A stretch of DNA of 64,000 nucleotides from Leucoraja erinacea (taxonomy: Eukaryota). Within the stretch, counting starts at the first letter, position 1, and each line of letters starts with the position of its first letter. This document shows positions 1 to 11,110 of this stretch, piece after piece. Made by a program: the position numbers and the translations under genes. The DNA lies in contig NC_073403.1 of assembly GCF_028641065.1 (NCBI RefSeq), forward strand, positions 26,412,001 through 26,476,000, written 5' to 3'. The notes beneath the pieces are model-generated. The model saw only the letters and a program-made list of their open reading frames with translations. It ran no database searches and was not told the DNA's origin.

Positions 1-243
1 TTCAACTTGTGTCCTCCAATTTTGATTCCCCTACTCCGGATAAAAGACTCTGTGCATTCACACTCTCTCTTCCTTCTTTGTTGTTGGGCTAATGGAGTTC
101 ACTGATATTTCTGAAATTTCTGAATAATGGCCTTCTGATGTCAGCTCACCAAACAAACTCTAGAATAGTGAAAGGCAACATTTTATTCACTGCAACACAT
201 TGCAAGCACAGGATGATGCTGTTTACGATATCATCATCACACA

Positions 244-520
244 AGGTGGCACAGCTGGTAGCCCCACAGTGCCAGAGACTACGGTTTAATTATGAACTCA
301 GGTGCTGTCTGTGTGGAGTTTGCATGTTCTCCCTGTGGCTGTGTGGGTTTCCTCCGGGTGCTTTGGTTTCCTCCCACATCCCCCAAAGACTTGCCGGTTA
401 ATTTGGATTAATCGGCCTCTGTAAATTGACCGTAATTTATAAGAAATGGATGTGTAAATGGGATAATACAAAACTAGTGTGAACGGAGTGACTGATGGTT
501 GGCGAGAATTCGGTGGGCCA
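244..520 (+). mobile_element. HE1-type V-SINE
   Basis: tRNA-like head GGTGGCACAGCTGGT followed by the V-domain core GGAGTTTGCATGTTCTCCCTGTG...GGGTTTCCTCCGGGTGCT..GGTTTCCTCCCACA; many homologues in the window. Confidence 0.85.
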
Positions 521-640
521 ATCCATTATTTTTAGACTGTGACCTCTGGTTCCAGGCATTCCAGCCAAGGAAAACATGGCTTCCACATGTCCCCTTTCAA
601 GCCGCATTAGAACACTTTGTATTTCAATTAGATCGCCTTT
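521..640 (-). mobile_element. Degraded CR1 LINE fragment (ORF2 C-terminus)
   Basis: ORF 437-643 reads KGDLIEIQSVLMRLERGHVEAMFSLAGMPGTRGHSLKI, matching RGDLIETYKILKGLDRLDAGRLFP..TRGHSLRI of the young CR1 copies. Confidence 0.75.
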
Positions 641-699
641 CATTCTTCCACGGAGTCACTTCAAGAAAACTTGTACCCCATTTTCATTGAATGCCATAT

Positions 700-1100
700 A
701 ACACAGTGTATCACTGCATCACACAGTCCTAGAAAACACTCCCTGGCACCATTTTGCATAATGCAAACTCTTGACAATATTTTAATTTTTTCCACACTTT
801 ATGTTCATTTGGTTATTTTTCTTTCACATTTTGTGTTTATTCGGGGGTTTTCTCAAATAAGTTCAATGAGTGATTTTTTATTCAGTATCTCAATTCTTTT
901 GGTAATGGTCTGTAAGGCTTAATTTCTGTTACCTAAACTGTGGTAATGTGCCAGGTATTCACTGTCTTTGGGCCTTATCCACAATAGGATGGAATTAACT
1001 ATGAAAGTAATAATGAAGCTAACAGCTCTTTTAGTTTTACATATGCAAATGTCATTGCAGTTTTGAGTGAACTCAGATGCACAATTAAATACAGGAATTC
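700..1100. repeat. Ancient ~400-bp interspersed repeat, copy A (octamer-containing)
   Basis: Colinear similarity to 15178-15690; identical 22-mer TACATATGCAAATGTCATTGCA at 1038-1059 and 15627-15648. Confidence 0.75.
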
Positions 1101-1394
1101 CAAGGCATCAAACAAATGTCTGCCTCTTTGAAACAGAACCTACCCATGAATTGCAGATCCAAATTCTACGATAACCAAAGTTAAAAAATGCCTTTGACCT
1201 GAAACAATAATCTCTTTCCGCAGAAACTGTCTGAAGAAATTTTCCAGCATTTTCCGTTTTTATTGGTTAAATTCGAAACACATTTGGAGCCTTTCAAGTA
1301 TCCGTACAAAATCATTTAACCCTAGATTAGCTGTCAGAGATTCTTTAAATGATGTATTAATAACTGTTAATGTCAGTGCCAAATCTTAACAGAT

Positions 1395-1650
1395 TAGTTT
1401 AGAGATACAGAGCAGAAACAGGCCCTTCAGCCCACTGAGTCCGAGCCAACCAGTGATCCCCACACACTAGCACTATCCGACACACTAGGGACAAGTTACG
1501 AATTTTGCCAAAGCCGAATTAACCTACTGTACGTCTTTAGAGTGTGGGAGGAAACCGGAGCACCCGGGGAAAACCCACACGGTCACAGGGAGAACGTACA
1601 GGCAAGCACTTGCAGTCAGGATCAAAACCAGGTCTCTGACGTTGTCATTG
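1395..1650 (-). mobile_element. HE1-type V-SINE
   Basis: Reverse-complement tail TTTAGAGATACAG..GAAACAGGCCCTTC and core GGGAGGAAACCGGAGCACCCGG..AAACCCAC. Confidence 0.85.
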
Positions 1651-1893
1651 CAAGTATAGAATCTCAGTCTTGCAAGCTCTAATTCAGGTTAAACATGTAT
1701 AAAACATAGAATTTAAAATTAAATATATATATTTTTTAAATTATTTTTCTTTCTTTTCTTTCCTATTCCATTTATTATTTCCCTTTCTATTGATTATTTC
1801 TATACCATCTATTTTTGATATCACTTGTTTTGGCTGTGTGTGTGCTTCACAGTTGATGTGGGAGCTATTCAGCAGCTTCAACTGCTCAGTAAG

Positions 1894-2921
1894 TAGCAAT
1901 GTTACAAAATGTTGAGATTTTAAAAATCAAGTCTGCAATTTATCCCATCAGATAAAGCATAAATTATATAAGTTTAATTTGACACCTAATTCACTTTCAT
2001 ATCTCAAGTATTTAAAAGGTTATGGCCATTTTCATACTCGGAAATTAGCATCTTGTTCCCTATTGATTTTCTATGGACATAACAAAAAAGCTGTGATCGA
2101 GGACAGTCAAAAGCCCATAACTTTCTTAAAAATTAAGAGAACTGAATGAAATTTTCAGTTATCATAGATTTAAGCATTCTGAAACAAATATAAAACAATC
2201 TTACTTGGATAACCTGACATTAAAGCATATAATTAGTTAGTTACCCAATTGTAGCTAATTTCAAATTTAAATTACTAGATCTAAACATCTATCCATTTCT
2301 TAATAAATGATTAACATTTTTAAATAGCCTAAGCGTCCAAATAATATTCACAAATAATTCACAATAAAACATGATTTTTAAATCTCATTGACATTAATTT
2401 ATAGGCCAAATGGAAGGAATTTAGTGTTCAATTGCTGTAAATTAATGTAAATTTAAATCAGTTTTCTAGTGGGATCCTGTGAACGCGCTGGTTTAGAACG
2501 TTCACATTGCGGTGGATTTGTACCCTCAAATGCCCTGAAAAATACTGCGGGATATAATGGGGCCAAAATTAGCTACTCGCAACATTAAACTTAAGAAGCC
2601 CTTTTTAATGTAAAAATAAACAGCCTACCTATTGTTGTCCCCTGTATGAGATCCGGCCGGTTGCCGGCAGTCGGGGGTTTAGAGGTTAATTTTTAAACTA
2701 CTATAACAACTAGATAAAGCCCTTAAAAGTAATAATAGCTAAAACGACGGAATCTACCAGCGATTTTTCGTTAATAATTAACTAGGCTGAACATCCTCGA
2801 TTTGAACAGCCTAGGGGAAATCATGTTTTAAACCCGCCCCCCTCTAAACGGCGCCAAAATCGCGCACACGGGCTGGGACAGATTTTCAGCGACGCTTCAG
2901 GTAGGCTTTGCAACATACCTA
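1894..2921. mobile_element. Non-autonomous DNA transposon (~1 kb, hAT-like termini)
   Basis: Imperfect TIRs TAGCAATGTTACAAA / TTTGCAACATACCTA flanked by the direct repeat CAGTAAG (1887-1893, 2922-2928); no coding capacity seen. Confidence 0.75.
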
Positions 2922-3261
2922 CAGTAAGTGGTTAATTTCCTTAGTGGCATTTATAACAGCTTGCATTTCAATAACTTGCAACAAGGTTAAACAAGAAATG
3001 CTGACCTGGAAATTGGATTATGTAATCCAATGGTGTTTGCTTGCATGTTCGAATGAGTGTATACAGACCTCTTATTTCCCATTTGAAATTCCAACTCAAA
3101 TTTATATCCTTCATGCTGCTTCAGTTGCAGGAATATTTCATCCAGCTTTCAATTGTGTATCAAAGAAAACCCTTATGACCTGACGCCACTCTCTACCCAT
3201 GGCAACTGTCTCGGGCTGCAGTGGCTGAGAGTCTTGTGTCGCTGGCAAAGAACCTTCCTAA

Positions 3262-3614
3262 TGGGCCTGTCCCACTTAGGCAATTCTTTAGGCGATTGCC
3301 AGGGACTAGTTTTAATGGCATTCATCTACGACACCTGGCGACAAACTACGACATTACCTACGACAATCCACGTCAACCTACGACAAAAAAGATTGGCACC
3401 AAAAAATTTTCGACATTATGGGCCAGTCCCACTTAGGCGATTTTTTGGACGACTACAGGCGACTGACGCAAAATTTTCAACAATTTTTGCTGACAATCTG
3501 TCGTAGGTTGTTGTAGGTGCTGCCGTAGGTTGTTACCAGGTGTCGTAGGTGAATTCCATTACAACTATTCCCTGGCAATCGTCTAAAATGTTCCCTAAGT
3601 GGGACACATGCCCA
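3262..3614. mobile_element. MITE, PIF/Harbinger-like TIR family, internal type A
   Basis: TIR TGGGCCTGTCCCACTTAGG...CCTAAGTGGGACACATGCCCA, flanks TAA/TTA, internal CTACGAC/GTCGTAG motifs, extra internal TIR copy at ~3419-3440. Confidence 0.75.
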
Positions 3615-3679
3615 TTAGGCTCTTTTCTTGAACATAAATACAAGGCAGCCAATTTTACCATTCTATAGGAAATTTCTGC

Positions 3680-4005
3680 AATAAATTGTGGAGAATTATA
3701 GATGTAGCCCAGTCCATTACATAGATCAGACTTCCCATCATTGACTCCATCTACATTTCACACTGGCTCGGAAAATCAGCCAACATGATCAAAAATATGT
3801 TCCACCCCAGTCATTCCCCCTCCCTGCTCCTGTCCAGCAGGAGATACAGAAGCTTCAGAGCACACACCACCAGACTCAGGAACAACTTCTACCCCTCTGC
3901 TATCAGGCTTCTAAATGGTCCTTCCATAAACTAGGATCCTGTCCGATCCTGTCCGATCCACCTCTAGCCTATTGTTGACATTGGACTTTGCCTATGGAAC
4001 TGATG
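3680..4005 (+). mobile_element. Rex1/Babar LINE 3' fragment
   Basis: Degenerate C-terminal motif SSRRYRSFRAHTTRLRNNFYPSAIRLLN plus 3' UTR. Confidence 0.75.
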
Positions 4006-4109
4006 CACTACGATACAATACGATACGATACGACATGATAAAACTTAATTCATCCATGGAGGGAAATTTGTCTGCCAACAGTCACAACACACAACAGATA
4101 CATGAAACT

Positions 4110-4422
4110 TCCAGGACAAGGGGTCACAGCTTAAGGATAAGGGGGAAATCCTTTAAAACCGAGATGAGAAGAACTTTTTTCACACAGAGAGTGGTGAATC
4201 TCTGGAAATCTCTGCCACAGAGGGTAGTTGAGGCCAGTTCATTGGCTATATTTAAGAGTGAGTTAGATGTGGCCCTTGTGGCTAAGGGGATCAGGGGGTA
4301 TGGAGAGAAGGCAGGTACGGGATACTGAGTTGGATGATCAGCCATGATCATATTGAATGGCGGTGCAGGCACGAAGGGCCGAATGGCCTACTCCTGCTCC
4401 TAATTTCTATGTTTCTATGTTT
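4110..4422 (+). mobile_element. Young CR1 LINE, short 5'-truncated 3' end
   Basis: ORF reads SRTRGHSLRIRGKSFKTEMRRTFFTQRVVNLW...; (TTTCTATG)n tail; nested in the tail of another LINE (GATAC repeats at 4010-4035). Confidence 0.9.
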
Positions 4423-4597
4423 AACTTGAAATTAAAAGTGAAATAAAAAGTGAATTCAAAAAGAGAAAGACAAGCGGGTGTTGTCTAGCTGCCGTGTGCA
4501 CGGAGCCTTCACTGGAAAAAATGAACAAACAAACTAACACAGCCTTATCCCACGGGCAGAAGATTTTAAACTAGAGTGCCCCCCACCTCCCTTAGGT

Positions 4598-6786
4598 CAT
4601 AGAAACATAGAAACATAGAAATTAGGTGCAGGAGTAGGCCATTCGGCCCTTCGAGCCTGCACCGCCATTCAATATGATCATGGCTGATCATCCAACTCAG
4701 TATCCCGTACCTGCCTTCTCTCCATACCCCCTGATCCCCTTAGCCACAAGGACCACATCTAACTCCCTCTTAAATATAGCCAATGAACTGGCCTCAACTA
4801 CCCTCTGTGGCAGAGAGTTCCAGAGATTCACCACTCTCTGTGTGAAAAAAGTTCTTCTCATCTCGGTTTTTAAAGGATTTCCCCTTTATCCTTAAGCTGT
4901 GACCCCTTGTCCTGGACTTCCCTAACATCGGGAACAATCTTCCTGCATCTAGCCTGTCCAACCCCTTAAGAATTTTGTAAGTTTCTATAAGATCCCCTCT
5001 CAATCTTCTAAATTCTAGAGAGTATAAACCAAGTCTATCCAGTCTTTCTTCATAAGACAGTCCTGACATCCCAGGAATCAGTCTGGTGAACCGTCTCTGC
5101 ACTCCCTCTATGGCAATAATGTCCTTCCTCAGATTTGGAGACCAAAACTGTACGCAATACTCCAGGTGTGGTCTCACCAAGACCCTGTACAACTGCAGTA
5201 GAACCTCTCTGCTCCTATACTGAAATCCTTTTGCAATGAAAGCTAACATACCATTCGCTTTCTTTACTGCCTGCTGCACCTGCATGCCTACCTTCAATGA
5301 CTGGTGTACCATGACACCCAGGTCTCGCTGCATCTCCCCCTTTCCCAATCGGCCACCATTTAGATAATAGTCTGCTTTCCTGTTTTTTTCCACCAAAATG
5401 GATAACCTCACATTTATCCACATTATACTGCATCTGCCAAACATTTGCCCACTCACCCAGCCTATCCAAGTCACCCTGCAGTCTCCTAGCATCCTCCTCA
5501 CAGCTAACACTGCCCCCCAGCTTAGTGTCATCCGCAAACTTGGAGATATTGCCTTCAATTCCCTCATCCAGATCATTAATATATATTGTAAATAGCTGGG
5601 GTCCCAGTACTGAGCCTTGGGGTACCCCACTAGTCACTGCCTGCCATTGTGAAAAGGACCCGTTTACTCCTACTCTTTGCTTCCTGTTTGCCAGCCAGTT
5701 CTCTATCCACATCAATACTGAACCCCCAATGCCTTGTGCTTTAAGTTTGTATACTAATTTTTTATGTGGGACCTTGTCGAAAGCCTTCTGGAAGTCCAGA
5801 TACACCACATCCACTGGTTCTCCCCTATCCACGCTACTAGTTACATCCTCGAAAAATTCTATAAGATTCGTCAGACATTATTTACCTTTCGTAAATCCAT
5901 GCTGACTTTGTCCAATGATTTCACCACTTTCCAAATGTGCTGCTATCCCATCTTTAATAACTGACTCTAGCAGTTTCCCCACTACCGATGTTTAGACTAA
6001 CTGGTCTGTAATTCCCCATTTTCTCTCTCCCTCCCTTCTTAAAAAGTGGGGTTACGTTTGCTACCCGCCAATCTTCAGGAACTACTCCAGAATCTAAAGA
6101 GTTTTGAAAGATTATTACTAATGCATCCACTATTTCTGGAGCTACTTCCTTAAGTACTCTGGGATGCAGCCTATCTGGCCCTGGGGATTTATCGGCCTTT
6201 AATCCATTCAATTTACCCAACACCACTTCCCGGCTAACCTGGATTTCACTCAATTCCTCCAACTCCTTTGACCCGCGGTCCCCTGCTATTTCCGGCAAAT
6301 TATTTATGTCTTCCTTAGTGAAGACGGAACCAAAGTAGTTATTCAATTGGTCCGCCATATCCTTGTTCCCCATGATCAACTCACCTGTTTCTGACTGCAA
6401 GGGACCTACATTTGTTTTAACTAATCTCTTTCTTTTCACATATCTATAAAAACTTTTGCAGTCAGTTTTTATGTTCCCTGCCAGTTTTCTTTCATAATCT
6501 ATTTTCCCTTTCCTAATTAAGCCCTTTGTCCTCCTCTGCTGGTCTTTGAATTTCTCCCAGTCCTCCGGTATGCTGCTTTTTCTGGCTAATTTGTACGCAT
6601 CATCCTTCGCTTTGATACTGTCCCTGATTTCCTTTGTTATCCATGGATGTACTACCTTCCCTGATTTATTCTTTTGCCAAACTGGGATGAACAATTTTTG
6701 TAGTTCATCCATGCAGTCTTTAAATGCCTTCCATTGCATATCCACCGTCAACCCTTTTAGAATTAATTGCCAGTCAATCTTGGCCA
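4598..6786 (-). mobile_element. Young CR1 LINE, 5'-truncated ORF2 (reverse transcriptase) with frameshifts
   Basis: ORFs 5954-6850, 5215-5832 and 4794-5630 contain [57 protein letters not shown]; (CATAGAAA)n tail at ~4598-4620. Confidence 0.95.
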
Positions 6787-6924
6787 TTTTGGGAGAACAA
6801 GTGGGAGAATGCCACAGTGGGAGAACAAAGGTCCCCCTTTGTTCTCCCACCGTCCCTCATGGCGGTCCCCAAATGTCGGGTCCTCATTATCCTTCTTCTC
6901 CCCCCCCCCCCCAACGCTCCACCA

Positions 6925-7275
6925 CCACCAAGGTTCCCACTGCTGCCAAGGCCCCCGAAGCCACCGAGGCCCCCGATGCCGCCGAGGTATCCACCGCCGC
7001 CGAAGCTCCCATTGCCACCGAGGCCCCATCACTGCCGGTGCTCCTGTTGCCGTCGAGGCTCATGCAGCCGCCAACGCTCTCGTTGCCGCCGAGGCTCCAA
7101 ACGCTGCCGAGGCTCTAGCTGTCGCCAAGGCTCCTGTTGCCGCCAAGGCCCCACCACTGCCGAGGTTCCTGCTGCTGTCGAGGCTCACGCTGCCGCCAAG
7201 GCACCCGCTACCACCAAGGCACCTGCTGCCGCCACCGAGGCTCCCATCGTCACCGCTGATGAGGCTCCTTCGCCC
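6925..7275. repeat. GC-rich 18-bp-unit minisatellite (consensus ~GCCGCCGAGGCTCCCACT) in a CpG-rich block (6787-7415)
   Basis: Recurrent GCCGCCGAGGCTCC / GCCACCGAGGCCCC units with 18-nt period; translates as AAEAPx repeats. Confidence 0.85.
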
Positions 7276-7414
7276 CAGACAGACCTCACCACCCGGCTTC
7301 TCCGCAGTCCCCTGGGTTGCCTGCGGGGCGAGTTGAGCCTACCGGGGCTGCGTTCCGGTCGGCGGCACGGTTGTTCGGTGTGTGGATCAGGCCCGCGCGG
7401 CTCCCCCCCGTGAA

Positions 7415-7615
7415 TGCTGAGAAACTTTACCATACTGACAAACTATATTCAGCATTTAATTTCGTACCCTTTGCTCACCTATTGAACTTGAGTTTGACCT
7501 GATTGTATTTATGTTATAGTACTGTCAAAATTGTTGGGATACCATGTAAAACATTGCTTTTCATTGTACCTCAGTACATGTGACATTAAACATTGTAAAC
7601 CTAAATATAAATCTA
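7415..7615 (+). mobile_element. Rex1/Babar-type 3' UTR/tail
   Basis: GCTTTTCATTGTACCTCAGTACATGTGACATTAAA terminal motif shared with other Rex-type tails in the window. Confidence 0.6.
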
Positions 7616-7734
7616 ATGGTACCAATGAAGATTGTAACACCGACCTCAATGAGCAAGTAAGGCAAAGTCATTAAGTTCACAATGACCTCAGGGCCAGGTT
7701 CCATGCTGTATCTCTAAACTAAACTAAACTGATT

Positions 7735-9190
7735 AAAAATGCCTCATATCTGACTTCATGGGTGGCCCCTTATTATTAAGCAGTGACCCTTGTTCTGGAT
7801 TATACCAAAGAAGAAATACTCTCCACACACCCAGCGTGTCGGAACCTCTCCAGATCTTTTTGATTCAATCAAGTCACCTTTCATTCTCCGAAACATCTGT
7901 AGACAAAAATCTAAGGTCCAACCTTTTCTCATAAAGCAATTTAATAATTCCGAGTATTAGTCCAGACTACTGGTTTATAATTACGCGTATATCCTTCCTT
8001 AAAAAAAGAAACCAATACTATACTGCAAGTAGACAAAAATGCTGGAGAAACTCAGCGGGTGAGGCAACATCTATGGAGCGAAGGAAATAGACAACGTTTT
8101 AGGTTGAGACCCTTCTTCAGACCCGAAATGTTGCCTATTTCCTTCGCTCCATAGATGCTGCCTCACCCGTTGAATTTCTCCAGCGTTTTTGTCTACCTTT
8201 GATTTTCCAGCATCTGCAGTTCCCTCTTAAACAATACTATACTGCAAATGTGTTCACACCAATTGTTTACATAGCCTCCCACCTTTGTGTTTAATTCCCC
8301 TGCCAATAGACAATAACCTTCCTTGAACTTTGTTAACAACTTATTGTATCCACTGAATTGTGTTTTAGGGCCCCGGATCCTTATGCCTCTTAGTGCTCTG
8401 TGACCTCACACTATTTAGATAATGTGCTTTTAAAAAATATGACAATACCAAAGAGGACAATTTTACATTTTCTTATGTTTCACTCCATTCAACAGGTCTT
8501 TGCCCATTCACTTCACATATCTCGATGCATTTGAAGCCTCCTAATATCCGCATCTCACTTGCTTTCCTACCAATGTTGATGTCTTCAGCAAATTTAGAGA
8601 CCATATCTTTGGCGCCTTCATCTAAATCATTGGTATGAATTGTAGAAAAATTGAAATTCCAGTATCCGTCGCTGTGGCCGACCAGTCATTACATCCTATC
8701 ACTTGTAACTAGATCCGTCTATGTCTACTTTCTGTTCCCTGTTCTTGAGCCAATCTCCAGTATGTCAGCACCCACATCATGACTGTTTACTTTCTGCAAA
8801 AAGCTTTGATGCAAAACCTTATCAGGTACCTTCTGGAAATCTAAATACAGTACATTCACCAGTTCCCCTTCATCACCAGAACCTGTTCCTATTTTGAAGA
8901 GCTCTACCAAAGTGGTTAGACATGATTTCCCTCTCTTAAAACCATATTGACCATCTGATTATCTGGGTTTATCAAGTGCCCAGCTGTAACACCTTTAATA
9001 TTCCCTTCTAATAATATCAGCGTTACTGTTGTTAATCAAACTGGTCTATTTTCTGCTCTCTGTTTCTCTGTTTATCCCGCCCATTTTGAACAATGGAGTT
9101 ACATTAGCTCTTTTCCATTCTAATGGATTATTTCCAAATAAAGTGAAATCTGGGAAATAAGAACCATGATCTCACCAACTATTTTGTTGT
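7735..9190 (-). mobile_element. Old degraded CR1 LINE (RT region), interrupted
   Basis: ORF 8725-8910 has VNVLYLDFQKVPDKVLHQ; colinear with young CR1 ORF2. Confidence 0.75.
8029..8231 (+). mobile_element. Penelope-type foldback short element with degenerate hammerhead motif
   Basis: Inverted arms GTAGACAAAAATGCTGGAGAAACTCAGCGGGTGAGGC.. / ..GCCTCACCCGTTGAATTTCTCCAGCGTTTTTGTCTAC; 16-bp TSD CAATACTATACTGCAA (8013-8028, 8232-8247). Confidence 0.8.
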
Positions 9191-9238
9191 GTCCATGTGG
9201 ATCTGAGATGGTGGTCCACACCTCCTTCAATTCACTAA

Positions 9239-9543
9239 AGGGTCTGTCCCACTATACGAGTTTACCCAAGAGCTCTCCCGAGTTAAAAAAAAAATTAAAC
9301 TTGTGGTAAGTACATAGAATGTACGTAGCGGGTACGTCGGAGCTCGGGACGTCTTTTAGCGGCTCGTAATGCTAACGGTAGGTACTCTGGAAACGCGGTA
9401 AGCTTGTGAAGTTTTTTCAACGTTGAAAAATGTCCACGAGAGTCCCGAGTACCTACGAGCGGCTATTACCGTAATTCTCCGAGTTCGAATCAGGGGAAAC
9501 TCGGGAGAACTCTTGAAATACCTCGTACAGTGGGACAGGCCCT
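9239..9543. mobile_element. MITE, Harbinger-like TIR family, internal type B
   Basis: TIR AGGGTCTGTCCCACT...AGTGGGACAGGCCCT; close copy at 22683-22981. Confidence 0.8.
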
Positions 9544-9564
9544 TACATTTCACTGCCACAGTGA

Positions 9565-9790
9565 TGTTTAAGAAGAAACTGCAGATGCTGGAAAAATCGA
9601 AGGTAGACAAAAATGCTGGAGAAATTCAGCGGGTGAGGCAGCATCTATGGAGCGAAGGAATAGGTGACGTTTCGGGTCACCGACTCTGAAGTCTGAAGAA
9701 GGGTCTGAAGAAGTATCTCGACCTGAAATGTCACCGATTCCTTCGCTCCATAGATGCTGTCTCACCCGTTGAGTTTCTCCAGCATTTTTG
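9565..9790 (-). mobile_element. Penelope-type foldback short element
   Basis: Inverted arms around tandem CTGAAGAAG motifs; 13-bp TSD ACTGCCACAGTGA (9552-9564, 9791-9803). Confidence 0.8.
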
Positions 9791-10124
9791 ACTGCCACAG
9801 TGACTGTCATTTTCCCGAGTTCCTCCTCCATTCCAGTTCCAGTTCCTCCTCCATTCCAGTTCCAGCTAATGCTGGAATATTATGTGTATCATCAATAGTG
9901 ACGCCCCTTGGCACTTCAGAGTACACTATTAATGCTTCTGTCCACCTCTTAAATCTTTAACAGTTCAGGGTGCTCAACAAGCTCAGAGTGCAATATGCAT
10001 TTTCTATATTAATTAGAGCTCTCCAGTTTTGTTAGCTGCCACCTGCAGTGGTCCCTTTCTCCTCATGTGACAAACAAGTTTTGCCCAAAAAATGAAAGCA
10101 AGAAATGGCAAATCAAAATCGAGG

Positions 10125-10512
10125 ACTATAGGCTTGGATAGAGTGAATGTGGAAAGGATGTTTCCATTAGTGGGAGAGTCTAGGACTTGAGGTCATAGCC
10201 TCATAATTAAAGCACGTTGTTTTAGGAAGGAGATGAGAAGGAATTTCTTTAGTCAGAGGGTGGTGAATCTGCGGAATTTGTTGCCACTGAAGGCTGTGGA
10301 GACCAAGTTAGTGGATATATTTAAGGCGGAGATAAATAGATTCTTGATTGGTACGTGTGTCAGAGGTTATGGTGAGAAGGCAGGAGAATGGGGTTTGGAG
10401 AGAGAGATAGATCAGCCTTGATTGAGTAGATTGTTTGATTGAATGGCAGAATAGACTGGATGGGCAAAATGGCCTAATTCTGCTCCTATCACTTGTGACA
10501 TGACTTATGACA
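10125..10512 (+). mobile_element. CR1 LINE 3' end (older subfamily)
   Basis: ORF 10233-10421 MRRNFFSQRVVNL..GYGEKAGEWG; tail GGCCTAATTCTGCTCCTATCACTTGTGA. Confidence 0.85.
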
Positions 10513-10821
10513 ACCTCCAGTAAAAATAAACTATCGGCAATCCTGTGGTTTGCAATCCTACTGGTATAAATATTTATATAAAATGATACAACACAGAAAC
10601 TGACCCTTCCCTGAGCCCGATCCAACCAAGAGGCACCCATCTACACTAATCCTACAATAATATCATTATAGTCTCCCCACATTCCCCCATCCCCGCGCTT
10701 ATTTAAACATTGGCCGTAATTTCCTTGCAGACAGCATCAAAGGTCAGGATCAAACTCATGCTGCTGCTCCCCTGTCCTTTTCTTAAGATCTTTCTTTGTG
10801 TGTGGTAAAATTAATGTTTTG

Positions 10822-11110
10822 TTCAGTTTAGTTTAGAGATACAGCGCAGAAACAAGCCCTTCGGCCCTCCGAGTCCGCACCGACCAACCATCCCCGTACC
10901 ACAGCACTACCCTACACACTGGAGACAATTTACAATTTTTAACAAAGCCAATGACTTTGGAGGGTGGGAGGAAACCGGAGCACCCAGGGAAAACCCACAC
11001 AGTCACGGGGAGAACGTACAAACTCCGTATAGACAGCGGACACCCATAGTCAGGATCAAACCCAGGTCTCTGGCACTGTAAGGCAGCAGGTTTACCACTG
11101 CGTGACGCCT
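10822..11110 (-). mobile_element. HE1-type V-SINE
   Basis: (TTTAG)n tail, GAGATACAGCGCAGAAACAAGCCCTTCGG, V-domain core. Confidence 0.85.

Noticed and set aside
5398-5964. Plus-strand ORFs overlapping CR1 (also 4674-4895, 55036-56266)
   Set aside because: Antisense shadows of CR1 ORF2, repeated in each copy.
6546-7433. Long overlapping Pro/Ala-rich ORFs (190, 229 and 189 aa)
   Set aside because: They start in antisense CR1 sequence and stay open only because the GC-rich 18-bp minisatellite lacks stops. No gene structure is visible.
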